From Azolla caroliniana (lineage: Eukaryota > Plantae > Polypodiophyta): a DNA stretch of 64,000 nt. Shown here in pieces: positions 13,060-27,600 of this stretch. Position numbers and translations under genes: made by a program. Under the pieces are notes generated by a model, which did no database searches, was not told where the DNA came from, and saw only the letters and a list, made by a program, of their open reading frames with translations. The stretch is from NCBI GenBank assembly GCA_043228905.1, contig JBHGNT010000002.1:11780001-11844000 (forward strand). Reading direction: 5' to 3'. Position 1 is the first letter of the stretch. Every line of letters begins with the position of its first letter.

Positions 13060-13770
13060 AGAAATAGGAGGGTTCATGGTATGATATTTGTTTCTTGATT
13101 TAGACAAACTTTATATGAAAACACTTTTGGACATTTTCAATTTTTTCCCAAGAGGACTTACGGATGCTACAACCCCACACTAGTGCGTGCCACCAAAGTG
13201 TTGAAAAGGTACTTCTTGAGGACCTAATATTTAATTTATCTACCATTGCATGTGGTATTTCCTGGCTCTCTAAGTGCCATGCACCAATCAACACATTCAT
13301 TCCATCTACGACGTGAGGGAACTTCAAGGCCAAGGTATTGAAAGCCTTCTATGGTTATATAGTGGCTCATTATTGTATATAATTGATGGATTATTGTCTC
13401 TTCACAAGCATTATCTTTGAATGCCCTGAACTTGGTATACATGCAAACCTCTTTGAATGCCCTCATAAACTTACGTGCATCTCAACAAGTACTTGTAAAA
13501 ACCACCACATGCTCTATGTACCAAAAGACAACATTCTCAATGACAACTTATTCCTTTCCAAACTTGGACAACCATTTGTTTTGATCCATCAATGCATATA
13601 CACAACAAATATTTGGGGAGAGTGGGCATCCTTCTTTGTTGAACACCAAATTGTGGTATAGAAGGAATCTAGAACTTCCTTTTGCCCAAACACACGCATA
13701 GCCTACTCTTAGATTAGGGGAAAAGTTGCAAGCATATCGACACTCGGTATGTACCTCGAGGTCTTCCATG
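13060..13770 (-). mobile_element. Decayed LINE (RTE/RTEX-like) RT fragment
   Basis: GCPLSP-like motif, FQYLGL, and VWGCSIRKSSWEKIENVQK resembling ORF2 of the LINE at 28957-33138; many stops. Confidence 0.65.
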
Positions 13771-13774
13771 CATG

Positions 13775-14376
13775 TACATATATATATATATATCTATATA
13801 TATCTATATATATATATATGTATGTATGTATATATCTAAAGGCTCTCTCAGCTCAGCTCACGAGAGGTACCATTTCATATAAAAAAAAGAAGCTATATAT
13901 GTATATGTATTGAAGGAAGGAAGGAAGTATGTATACATGTGTATCTATGTATACGAGGTCTTCTTTATTTCTTTGGAAAGAGAGACGTGACTGACTGACG
14001 GACGGACGAAGTGACTGACGGAATGCAATGCTGGCTGACTTTTGACCGACCGACAGACTGACGGACAGACTGCCTAGGCGCCTGCCGCATGGCGTCAGCC
14101 AGACCAGCTAGCTATTATAGCTATACATATAATATGTATGTATATCAATCAATATGTATAGGCTATGGTAAATACATATATATGTAATGGTAATACATAC
14201 ATACATACATACATACATACAACCCTAAGAATCAATTTGGCGTCTCCATTCAGCGGGAACCCTAAAACTTGTAAATCCCCTCCCCCTCCCCCTCCCCCTC
14301 CCCCTCTCAGCAGCGTACGTCCTGAATGAATGAATAAATGAATGAAGTTATGAGCACCTATACATATATACATACA

Positions 14377-14407
<31 letters not shown>

Positions 14408-14733
14408 CTCCCTCTCAGCCGCCTTCCTTATTTTTGCTCCCTCCCGCCGTTCTGCTTTCCTCGGAGCAGAGCAGATCAATCAGATCAGAGCACAGAAGAA
14501 TGCCAAATTTTTTACCTCTTCTCTCAGCGCACTCTACTTTCTTTTCTCTCAGCCAGCAGAAGAATGCCTAATTTTTAATACATACATACATACATACATA
14601 TCTTTGCTCACCGCATTCTACGTTACTTACTTATTTTATTATCTCTTTGCTTAGCGGAGATACCCCTAATTTATATCTCTGTTCAGCGCATTCTAATCTT
14701 CTATAACGAGAAACCCTAATCTGGTCTGCTTTA

Positions 14734-14773
<40 letters not shown>

Positions 14774-15772
14774 GCTGTTGTTCAGTCATCATCCTAAAGA
14801 GAAACAAAAAACCCTTTCTTTACAACAAACAGTATGTATGTACTCGAACCAATTTCCAAACTTTCCTGAGCAGAAGCAGAAGCAGCAGCAGCAACATTAA
14901 TATGTATGTATGTACATAACATAAGCTCAGCTCCTCTTTGAACCGGAACATGTCGTTGAAACTCTGGGTGTTTCCTGAAAATCGCTTCATAAGAATCCTT
15001 CCATATATCTGTTGCTCTCTGGCGGTGGATATTTCAGGGTTCCAATTTCGGCTGTAATTTTCATCTCCGCCATAGCCATCCATGGAATCACTGACATATT
15101 TGCCCTTTTCTTACATACTCTTGGATCAGATTTGTGCTAAGTACTATTTCTGAGAACAGATGAAGCTTAGCGCAAACAAATGATCGTTACACACACACAC
15201 ACACACATTACAAGTTTCATCTCCCTCGGCATATTAGCCGAAAGGAAGGAGATCAAATTTACTTTCGCACTCCGTGTTTTCTTCCATCTTCTAGTAGGCG
15301 ATGAAGAACTGCAAAAGAACTTGAAAAAAGTCTCTTATGAGAGAAAGCTTCAAGAAAAGAAGAAACAGAAAACTAAAGACAGAAGACAGCTTCGTTTGAT
15401 TATTCCCTTATTAGTTTTTCTCTCCCCCATAGCCAGAAAATCGCATGATTTACATCAGGCAGATAAAAAACGATCTCTATTATATTCCTGAGAATAAATA
15501 ACAGTATTAAATTCTCTTCTCCAAAGCTAGGACATCCCTGATCAGAAACCAATTTTTTCTACGCCCAAGTACATATTTTTACATCTCTGTGCAAATACTT
15601 CGGAATTTGTCCCTCCAAACACTTTCCTCTGCATCTTTAGTTTAACACAGGAAAATTAACTCACGATCTTCTTTTTCGTGTGTTTCTTCTTCAATGATCA
15701 CATTTCGTCTTCACCTTTAGGTTTAACACAGTGACTAGCCAATCTTCTTCATTGAGATCTTGGCAATGCTTC
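13775..15772 (+). promoter_or_regulatory. Probable promoter and 5' UTR (with intron) of the kinesin gene, rich in microsatellites
   Basis: (TA)n, (TACA)n, (CT)n tracts, telo-box-like AACCCTAA near 14221 and 14712, pyrimidine tract ending TTTAG at 15720 just upstream of the ATG. TSS cannot be determined. Confidence 0.4.
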
Positions 15773-18700
15773 ATGACAGCTATGATCAGAACCATACGAG
15801 CCCCCCAGAACAAACAAGCCACAACGTTACAGGTTGGGTACTCTCTGTTCTTATCAGCATTTTCTCTCGTATAAACATCTGACTACATGCTTCAAGAAGC
15901 AGTGCTCATATAAAGGGTTCTTTCATTGTGGGTGTGGGTGTGTGTGTGTGCACCAACATCTTAGTGCATACTTCAAAATAGCCATATATAGCTCATTTCA
16001 AATCTTCCTCTCATCGAAGTTTTTCAATTGTGATATTCTGTTGAATCTCATCTATTTCTTTCGTTATCATAGAAGAGAGACTAATTTTCTGCTGTTGTAG
16101 CTTGACGATTCTCTGTATAGACCTGTCCCCTATTTGACAGACGTTGATACAACTTTCCCCCATGGCATATATTTGAACCAAATGAGGTTTTTCTGATAAC
16201 AGGTTGCTGTGAGGTGTCGCCCATTAACACCTGCGGAAAGATCTCGATACAGAGGAATTATCCACATTGATGATGATCAGGTGCTTTAGGATAACTCTAT
16301 CCTTCTCTTGCTAAAGATAACTAGTGTTTTAAACATTCTATAATAAACATTATATATGGCATGTGATCTCCCTCCAGATTGTCGTGGTTTCAGATATTGA
16401 TGGAACCAGAAATCAAGAGAAAAGATATACCTTTGATTATGCCTTGGGGCCGGAATTCAAGAATCAGGTGCTCAAATTTGCCATTTTTATAAAATATTTG
16501 TTGTGCAAGGAAAACGTCAAATCCAATTAAATTTCATTTGTGAATAGGAAATTGGTTACCGAGTTCTATTGTGTCCACTAGTTCCATCATAAATATGCCT
16601 AGCTCCATACATTAAATGGAGCTTGGTTACCTCGAATGTCGAAGTTGGTAACATCATCAAGCTGTCAGAAATGATTAAAATTGAAGCCACTGTTTGGATA
16701 AATGTGAAAGCCTAAGTGCATAGATTCTCACCTCTGTAGAGATTGATTTCTATCTTGAGATAATATTTGCACAACATGATCCTATTGAAATCCTCTTGCC
16801 GTGCATAGGTTCTCACCTATGTAGAGATTGATTTCTATCTTGAGAGAATATTTGCATAACATAATCCTATTGAAATCCCGTTGCCCAATGTAAAAAAAGA
16901 AAGATGTGTATGGCTCAAGATAGAGCATATTTTTTTGCCGGCCATAATAGGCAACCTCATGTATTCAACCATAGACAAAAGTTATTTGTGCGCATGCCTT
17001 AAAATTGTAAGACATCGTCAATGAGTAAGTACGCTAAATTAGCCCCATGACTTTGTGGACCTTTCACGATCCTATCGCCTTGTTCTGACAATAATATAGC
17101 TACAACGGAAACTTTGGTTACTTCTGAGGGTTTAGTTTCTAAACCACATGTACTAGAGAAAATTCTTGATGTTAAAACAAAACATCTAGGTTCTAAAACA
17201 ATTTGAGAATCTAAAATTTAAATGGATGGGTAAGTCTATTAAAGATGCTACATGGGAACGCGAAAACACCATTAAAACTAACTTCCCTAACTTTTCAATG
17301 CAAGAGTAAATGGTTTAAAGAGGTGGAGTATGTTATGGGCATAACCATAACTTATTCCATGGTAGTTTGTTCTGTGGTTTTTTCCACACATGAGGATAAG
17401 ATTGTGAGGGTTGATCTAGAATGTATAGAAGGGAGGATTATTTTTAATCCTAGGGATTGGGACAACCAACCCTTAAGGGTAAAGAGTGAACTTGCTTGGG
17501 GGCCTTGGGTTTGGCTATAAATATAAGACCTACCTATCCTCATTGGGGTTTTATTTGACTACATAGAGATTGTAATCTTGTGGTGAATAGAGTCTTGTGG
17601 TTGTCACACCCCAATACCAGATACATCTCGAAGCCCGTACTGGTGGTATGGGATGCCATTCAAGGTTTGGGTTTGTCTCGATCCCTCCGCTCGAGGGTGA
17701 TTAGGTGGAACGGTACCCTTCTTTCTCTCTTTGTCTCTTTATTTCTTATATGTTTCCTTGTTTTCATGTTTACATTACAACAACCACTGATTTGAATGAT
17801 TCCCAAGGTTAACATTTTACAATAAGGGCAGGGTGAATATTCCTTGGATAAATGAAAGCAAAGACAACAGTCATGTGATTCTCATTTACTTTAACAAAAT
17901 TGCATAATCAAAGCAATCCTTGTGCAGTTCTGGGAGGTTTCTCTCAAGATTTGGTAGAATTTTAGTAGTGAAAGCAAGAGAAATGATAAGGTCAAAAGTA
18001 AACATCAAGAAATAAGAGTAACTACATGGAATATAAGAGGGAGCTTGATCCCAATTTAAGATGCATGAGTTATGATGTACTTCGTTACAAAATCAATGGG
18101 ATGTATTATGTGTAGTGGAGCATAAGGACCATAAAAGAGCAAGGTCCTCTATTAATTTACATGGTTATAAGACATTTTATGGTGGGATAAAGCGAGGTGA
18201 TTATTCAAGTGTTTTGATGCTTGTAGGGGATAGATTCTAACCAGAGGTTATACCAAGAGATGTCAATGGAATGGTAGAAATTTTATATGAAGGAGAATAA
18301 ATATGGTTGGTTTGAACGTATGCATTGAATGTATCTCAAGAGTAGAGGTATAGTCTTAGGCTTTCGTCCTTGGGCATGGATCATCAATGATTCTAATGGG
18401 GAATTTTAATGTATGTGGCAAGGCAGACCAATCCACATCTCCACACTCTTTGATGGATGCCCTTGAATTACAAGCATGGGAACAATTTCAGGTTGAAGTC
18501 CTCAAAGGTGATATGAGTAAGTGGATTCAAGGGATGATTCCTAGATAAACATTTCAATTTGTGCATTATAGGTCTATAGGGAACAAGATGGATTTAATGT
18601 ACACAGTGCATAATTCGAATTTCTTGCTAGAGATATTGGATGTTACAATTTATCATGGGTATATCATAGTTGATCATTTTACACTTGTATTTGAATTTAC

Positions 18701-21603
18701 TCAATAGTTAGTGGCTTGTTTTTATGGCATTTTGCGAAAATCCCCTTTGAGATGTAACACATGTTTTTTCCATCATGAAGTATTCCATAGATATATGTAA
18801 CAATTGTTCAAGTTGAATGATGTGTTGCATGGGATGTGTTTGTTAGTAATTTGCAAAAAGTATCTAGACATTATGAGATAAAACATGCTCCAATCAAAAG
18901 ATAAAAATTATTTGCCATGATATATTTGATGGATAGATCGTGGATTAATAATTTGTTGAATTATTGGCCAAGGGATGAGGTACTTCAGAATAGTCGAAGC
19001 ATTCTGGTGAGCTCACTGCAGGGTTTATAAATGCACAATTATCAACAAGCTCAGATGTATGAGATGAGACATGAGCCAGGGGATAATAATTACTAATGGC
19101 ATAGATGTTTTCATGCTTTACATGAATCACATGCTAGATACAATGTAGTAAAGCTAGAAGTAAATCGACAAATGTATATGGATCAACAATTCATTGTGGC
19201 AATGCAAATTATTGGCCAAGGGATGAGGTACTTCAGGAGATTCAAAGCATTCGTGTGAGCTCATTGCAGGGTCTACAAATGCACAATTATCAACAAGGTC
19301 AGATGTATGAAATGAGACATGAGCTAGAGGATAAAATTACCAGTGGCATAAATGTTTTCATTCCCTACATGAATCACATGCTAGATACAATGTAGTATGG
19401 CCAGAAGTAAATTGACAAATGTATATGAATCCACAGTTCATTGCAACAATGTGAGGCATATTTCACACAGTTATTTGATTCATATACCTATATTGCTGAT
19501 AATGTTACACATGGTTGTAATATTGTTTTGAGTGGATTGAGGGGTCATGTGTCTCAGGAGATGGGAGAAATCCTTGAGGCAAATTTTATTGAGGATGAGG
19601 TGGAGAAAGTGATGTTTCAGTTTTCAAATGATAAAAGCCATGGTTGGGATGTACTTACAAAATGAATTCCATAAGAATCATGTACAAAAGCTGAAGGAAC
19701 CAATCATTGATTATGTTTCAGCAAGATTGGTTTGATAAATTTGTTGCTTGAGGCTCCATGTCCATCATCTTTTACTTAATGGCAACCTATTTCTTTAATG
19801 GGGAAATATACAAGTTATTTGCCAATGTCATTGGTAATAGGTTTCAGAAATATTTGCCCACCATTATTCACAGAACACAGTTCTATGTGAAGAAGGAATA
19901 TTCTACATAGAATTCTAAATGTATTGATGACTAATGCTAAGGAGACCAAACAAGAGTTGATCATGGCACAAATAGATCTAGAAAAGACTTATAACAATGT
20001 GAATTGGTCATTTGTGAGGTAGTTAATGGCTTATATGGGATTTGATGAGCGTATGTTAAAATAAATAAATATTGGAGGTGGGTTCTATTGCTCATGTCAT
20101 TATTAATGGAGGAATCATCAAACCCATTCAACCCCTGAAATCAGTTAGATAAGGATGCTCATTAAATTCGTTACACTTTGCTATTATAATCACTTTTAGT
20201 AATCTTACATAATATATCTAGAGATTGAGAGTAGACAGAACTTTCTTTACTATTGGGCAAATCGTGCATTGTGTGAACATCAGTAGATGATTAACTTATG
20301 TTTTTGGGAGCCTTGCAAGAAAACATTGCAAAGGCTATACAAGTGTGGGAATTGTTTACTATAGCTTCAGGATTGAAGATTAACATGCACAAATCAATTC
20401 TCATTGCATGTACGTAGAGAAATTTGGAAGATCCTGGCTGGATAAGGGTGGTAGTACAACATGGTTTGATTTGTCATCATTTAGTTTATCCTATTGATTG
20501 GTATGTGTCTAATGTCAAAATCCTAGATTGGATATCCGGACGAATTGCAAATGAATTTATATATTGGAAATCACAAACCTGGTTGTTTCATGTTAGACTA
20601 AAAGTACAAGATGCTATGTTGGGAACCCAAAACAATAATGGCTTTTCAGACAACTAGGGTAAGGATTCGTATTCCTAGAAATTACTATATTATATGGTCT
20701 CAGTTGCAAGAAATGTTAATTGGCAATATCCAATTCAAGATTTGACTTGAGTTACGCTTGAGGTAGATTGCGCATTTGTAGGTCATAAAAGCCTAACCCA
20801 AGTAAAAAAAATGGTGAATATCATAAACTAATTGATAGGTATGTATGGATGGTAGAATGGGTTAATAAAAAATGGGGAATCAGAAGATCCAATAGGTGGT
20901 GGCAAAGTGATACAAATGAGGTAGCAATCTCATCTTCCTTTCAGAGCTCAGGTGTTTGTTTGGAGGTTCATGGTGGGTGGATTACCTCTATCTAGGAGCT
21001 GCTATGTGAAGGCGAAGTGTCGTTTCTAGAATATTTGTTTTGGTCAGTTTGAGAGGACATTCTCGACATTGATTTATCAGTTGTCTAGCAACAAGGGCTA
21101 TTTGGAAATTTATATCTACTGTGTGGGCTTCTATAAGAGGATAGTCAAAATCCCCTTTCCAATGGGTGTTTGGTAAGGCGGAGTCGGGAATACGGTTCTC
21201 TGCATTTTTAGATAGCCTTTCAATATCTAATGTATTGGGGATTATTGCATAATTGGCATATCTAGAATGCCTTTTGTTTTTTATGCTCATTTATGGGGTT
21301 CAAAGACACATTTGATAATTGAAAGACATATTGGTTTGACAATTTTCCTTGTTGAGATGGAAATCTTGTTCCAATTCTCAAGGTATTGGGGGTTGCAACA
21401 TAATTGAAATATGAGAAATGATTTTACATTTGATGATAGACATGGGGTAAATATATGCATTAGAAAGTTCAAAGACATGCTTTTGTGGCAAGTGTAGATG
21501 ATACATCATGCGGGATTGTTTCATGTGAAAGGCAGCACGAGGATTAGGGTTTAGGTCAACCAGAGAGGGAGAGAGTCTGAGTGAGAGTCTGAGTGAGAGA
21601 CAA

Positions 21604-21654
<51 letters not shown>

Positions 21655-24600
21655 CGCTGTCTTGGGTACAAAGGGTGTACCACTTTTTTTTGGTTTTTAG
21701 ATATATATATGTATATACAAGTCAAAATGTGCTACGAGTGCGGTCACACTCGTGCACTAATAAAAGGCATGATGGCCCTTTATTCCCAACAACCTCCCAC
21801 CTAAAGGCAATGTGCCTTGAGGAGAAAAAGAAGAAGAAGAAGAAAGCTAGCTAAGTCCAAGTATGTACAAAGCTGAACTACATACATCTATCCAACTCCC
21901 ATCATCTGTCGGCAATGAGCAAATTGTTCAGTTGGAAGACCCTTCGTGAGAAGATCTGCAGGATTATCATTTGTATACATTTTGTCAAGCTCAATGTTCT
22001 TACTGTCAAGTACATCTCTGATGAAGTGATACTTCACCTATATGTGCTTCGTCTTTGCATGAAAGACGGTATTCCGAGCTAGCATGATAGCACTCTGATT
22101 GTCACAATTAAGAATAGGTAACTTTGTAATGCCAATATCTCTCACTAGATATGAAAGCCATAAATCCTCCTTGCATGCCTCAGTGGCAGCAACATACTCT
22201 GCCCCTGTAGTAGACAATGCGACACTTTTGTAGCCTGGAGATCCAAGAGACTGCATCTCTTGTGAACATAAACACATACCCAGAAGTAGACTTTCTGCAG
22301 TCCGTGTGACCAGCATAGTCCGCATCCGTAAAACCAATGACAGATGCCTTTTGCTTTCCAAAGCAAATGCACAAGTCCTTTGTGCCTTTGAGGTATCTCA
22401 TAATGAACCATATGTATCATACGTGCATTCACATTCAAGAATGATTCAATCAAATGTATATGGTAAATCATCTCAAAGTTGGTTTGGATTGACTATGCTC
22501 TATATTATATATTGATTCACTCTCAATTCCAATAAGTGGATTCTAATCCATTGTGAACCACCAACATAAGTATGGTTGCAATATTTGCATTGTATCACAT
22601 GCATACCTTTGGGATGCTTCTTAAGAATCAAGACATCTCTATCCTCCTCACTTTACAACTTAAAAAAAAAGAGAGTATGAACTATAGAGATTGAATCAAA
22701 ATATGTCATTATAAATTATAATCAAACGTTCAAAAACTCATAAAACGTATATTTGAGAATATGAAGAAAACATGACATAGGCAGTAGTAGCATAACCACT
22801 TACCGCTAGGGTGAGCTAATTTCTAATAACAAAGAGAGAAAAAAAAAGGAACATGACACTAACATAAAATTTTGCCACGAGATGACACTAATGAGAGGAT
22901 ATAAGAAAATTGGGAATTGAACCCAAGACATAGGCAATAGTAGCATGGCAACTTACCACTAGCTTGAGCTAATTTCTAACAATAAGGAAAGAAAAAAAAG
23001 AAAAAAAGAAAAATGACACTAACATAAATTTTTTCTATGACATGACACTAACAAGAGAGAGATGAGAAATTTGGGAATTGAACCCAAGACATAGACAGCA
23101 GTAGGATGACAACTTGCCACTGGGGTGAGCTGATTTGTAATGATGATAAATGAAAAAAATAAATAAAAAGGAGCACACATTTTTCCATTTTCAAACGTGT
23201 TCGTTTTCAAACGTTTGAATGCTTGTACGAGCACGTTTATTACGTTCTATGCTCATAATACCTGTCACCGCTTCCCAATGCTTTTTGCCAGGATTTGCCA
23301 TGTACCTACTAACCACTCCCACTGCAAAAGCAATATCAGGGCATGTAGCAACCATCGCATATATCAAACTGCCAACGGTTGAGGCATATGGAACCTTAGC
23401 CATTTCAGCCTTCTCATCATCAGAAGTAGGGCTGTCTTCTGCACCGAGTTTCAAATATGGAGGCAATGGAACCCCAATTGGTTTCCCCCCCTCCATATTG
23501 AAACGCTGCAAAATCTTAGAGATATACTCCTGCTGAGATAGAAAGAGTACCCCTTTCAACCAGTTTCGGAGTATTCGCATGCCAACGATGTGATTTGCAT
23601 CACCAAGATACTTCATATCAAAGCTGCCATGAAGGCTTTGCTTCAATGAATCCAAGGCATGAATATCCTTGCCAGCAATCAACATACAAAAACAAGATAA
23701 TCAGGCCGCCATCTCCTGCCTTCTTGGTGTACAAGCAGTGGTCCACTTAGCTTCTACGAAAACCTTGAGATTGCATAAATGTATCAAATTTATAATACCA
23801 TTCTCACGGTGCTCGTTTCAACCCATACAAACTACTTTTGAGCTTACAAACCATCTTCTCTTTGCCTTTAGCCACAAAACCTTTAGGCTGCTGCATATAT
23901 ATGTCTTCATGCAGATCGCCATGTAAAAAAGCGGTCTTCACATCCATCTGTATGAGTTCCATATCTTCAGCTGCGACTAGGCCCAAAATGGTTCTTAATG
24001 TAGTCATTTTGACTATAGGGGAGAAGATCTCATCAAAATCAACTCCATATTCCTGCTTGTATCCTTTTGCAACCAATCTTGCTTTGTACTTTGGCGAGGA
24101 ATCAGAAATGACCTTCATTTTATAAACCCATTTGCATGGAAGTGTTTCCTGCCCTTTAGGCAACTGAACCAAATCCAAGTGTCATTTTTCTCAAGAGATT
24201 CCATCTCTGACAACATGGCTTTATACCATTTCTGGTTGTCCTGTCTGTCCATTGCCTCCTTGAAGCAAGACGGTTCGCCACAATCAGTCACCATGACATA
24301 ATCAGCCACACTGTTTGCATCAGGAACAAATCTGTCAGGCTGTCTAGTAACTCTAGATGATCTCTTAACCCAATGCTCATTGTTTGGTAGCTGTTGAGCT
24401 TGCAAATCAGCATTAACAGCTTGCTGTTCTAGCCGTTCCTGCACATTTGGTGGCTCATCATTATGGCCAAAGGCTGGCTGATAATTTCCAACCTCATCTT
24501 CTGCATTTGCAGGCAAGTTTACAGCAGGTGTTTGCTGCTGTACAATGGGCACATTTTTCTGTCTAAAAGGTATTTCTTCTCGGAATACAACCCTACATAC

Positions 24601-27600
24601 TTCCTCGGTCTTTTCGGGTTGTTTATGCATGCGATTTTCCCAGAAGATAACATCATTGTTGCATACTATTTTTCTTTTCTCGGGGTCCCACAATCTATAC
24701 CCCATTTCACCCTCATCACCGTATCCTAGGAAAATGCATTTGCAGGATTTTGTTGGCTCAAGTTTGTGGCGTTCTTCTTTACAGATGTGCACAAAAGCCT
24801 CACAGCCAAACACTCTCAAGTGAGCATATGAAGGTCACGCTTCTTGAGGTATTCCCCCTCCCAAAGACCTGTTAGGTGACCAATTAATCAAGTGAACAGC
24901 TGTCATAACAGCCTCTGTCCAAAAACCATGGAGTAATGCAATATGAGATAGCATAGTATGAACCCTATCTTGAATAGTCCGATTCATACACTCTACAACT
25001 CCATTTTGGGGTGGATTATAAGGGGTAGTGAGTTCCCTCTTTATCCCTTTGCGGTCACAAAATGCTTGAAAGGCCTTGGACACATATTCCACATATCAAT
25101 TTGATTCTCAACTAATGCCAAGCATGTTCAAAACTTGTTTAGCACTTCATCCTTGCTATGAATAGGGTAAACCCATACCTTCCGTGTAGCATGATTGACA
25201 AAAGTGACTAATCTAACATACAACTGAATGTGCTAACTCAAGCGGGGAAGACTTCAGTGAAAGAGACTTTTTATGAGATGTTTGCATATGTTTACCATAA
25301 GTACAATGATAAAAATTCTCAAAATCAGCATAACGAAGAAAAGGCAAGTAACCCAAATGAGAAAGTACTTTCATACCAGTTTCACTCATGTGTCCCAACC
25401 GGCCATGCCACAGAGAGATGCTTGGCTGCTCGGTTACGGAAACATGGTCACTCACACTTGATACATGGAGAGGATACAAAGTATCACTTTTACTACCCTT
25501 GGCAAAAACTCAAGATCCCTTACAAATCTTCCATTTCCCATCACCAAAGGTGGTGTGAAATCCATCGGCATCTAGCTGTCTTGTGCTAATCAAGCTCTTC
25601 TTGACCTGAGGTACATGCCATACATGCTGAAGTGTGAAAGTAGAACCATGCTAAAACTGTAATTGCACAGTGCCAATACCTACAATTTCACATGCATTGT
25701 TGTCCCCAAGATGGACAACACCATGTCGACCCCTTGTGTAATTTGAAAACCACTCACGATGAGGGGTGACGTGAAAAGAAGCACTGGAATCGAGTATCCA
25801 AGTTTGCATGTCACCATCCGTATATGCAAGTAAAGCATGTTCTCTATGGCATGAAGAGACAAAGAGTACATTTCCACTACCATGTCGACCCCTTGTGTAA
25901 TTTGAAAACCACTCACGATGAGGGGTGACGTGAAAAGAAGCACCGGAATCGAGTATCCAAGTCTGCATGTCACCATCCGTATATGCAAGTAAAGCATGTT
26001 CTCTATGGCATGAAGAGACAAAGAGTACATTTCCACTATCATTGTCATGAGTGACTACATTCACCTCTTCAATTTCAACATTACTTTTCTTTAGCCCTCT
26101 TCTCTTCTATGCAATCATCTACCTTCTTGCCCTTTCCTTTCTCTTTCTTCCATTTGAAACAATCACGTTTAAAGTGACCCTTTTTGCCACAGTGATGGCA
26201 TTCTACATCTTTACCATGTGATTTACTGCGGCCATAACTATCAAATTTGCTTGTTTGCTGTGACCTACCCCTAGTATGCAACACACTAGAGGACTTATTG
26301 GATGCATTGTTCTGCCAACTTATCTCTTCCATGAGTAGCGAACTCTCTACATCGGCATAAAGAAGCATCGCATTTGAATTGGTCATAGCAGTCTTGAAAG
26401 TATCCCAACTTTCTAGCAAGGTGCAAAGTAAAAACGTGGCCTTAAACTCATCATCAATGATGAATTTCAAGTCAACCAGTTGGCTGAAAATGGAATTGAA
26501 CTCACTCAGGTGAGTTGACATGCATGTGCCCTCTGTCATGCTCAAATCCATAAGTTTCTTAAGCCAATAAACTTTGCGAGCTGCCGTCTTCTGGGCATAC
26601 AGTTCCTCTATTGTAGTCCATATAGAATAGGCAATGTCCAAACCTTCAATATTAAACAGCAAGGCATCAAAAATTGACAACTGAATAGTCGAGTGTGCAA
26701 GCTCATTCAACTCTTGCCAATGATCTTGGTCTATATCTGTAGGCTTTACCCCTTTGACTTTAATAAGCTTTGCATGCTTCTTCTGCAGCAGGATGTTGTA
26801 ACACTGCTTTTTCCATACCACAAAGTTATGTGCACCCACAAGCTTCTTGATGTGCATAAGATAGCTACTGTCATTGCTGCCAGTCATGATGATTTCCTAG
26901 CCCAAAAGGAGGACTACAACTTAAGCAAAAAAACCCAAGCCTAAACTCTCACGCAAGTGAACCAACAATATATAGCCACACTGAAAATAGAAAATTTCAG
27001 ATCTATAGATAAATTTTCAGAGGCAATATCTGTTGTACATGCATTGTTAAAGCCTACAAGATGTTTCTTGATGTGCACCCTCAAGCTTCTTGATGTGCAT
27101 AAGATGGCTACTGTCTTGATCTCATAGCCCAAAAGGACCAAAACTTAAACAAAAAAAACCAAGCCTAGACTCTCACACAAGTGAACTAAGATACAAACAA
27201 GTACCAACCAACAATATATAGCCACACTGAAAACATAAAATTTTAGATCTCTAAATAAATTTTTAGAGGCAATATCTGTTGTACATGCATTGACAAAGCC
27301 TACAAGATGTTTCTGCAGTACACGGTCAAAATGTGACTTGCTCTGCAAAAGAAAAGAAGGCTTGCTTTGCAGAAAAACGTGACCTGCTTTAACTTGCTCT
27401 GTAGAAAAACATGACATGCTTTAAATTTCAGATCTCTAGATAAATTTTTAGAGGCAATATCTGTTGTACATGCATTGACAAAGCCTACAAGATGTTTCTG
27501 CTGTACACGGTCAAAATGTGAATTGCTTTGCAAAAGAAAAGAAGACCTGCTTTAACTTGCTCTTTAGAAAAACATGACATGCTTCGCGAAAAAAAAAGAC

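Noticed and set aside
14149-15491. Short ORFs upstream of the kinesin
   Set aside because: Translations of (TACA)n, (CT)n and (CA)n microsatellites with no protein-like signal.
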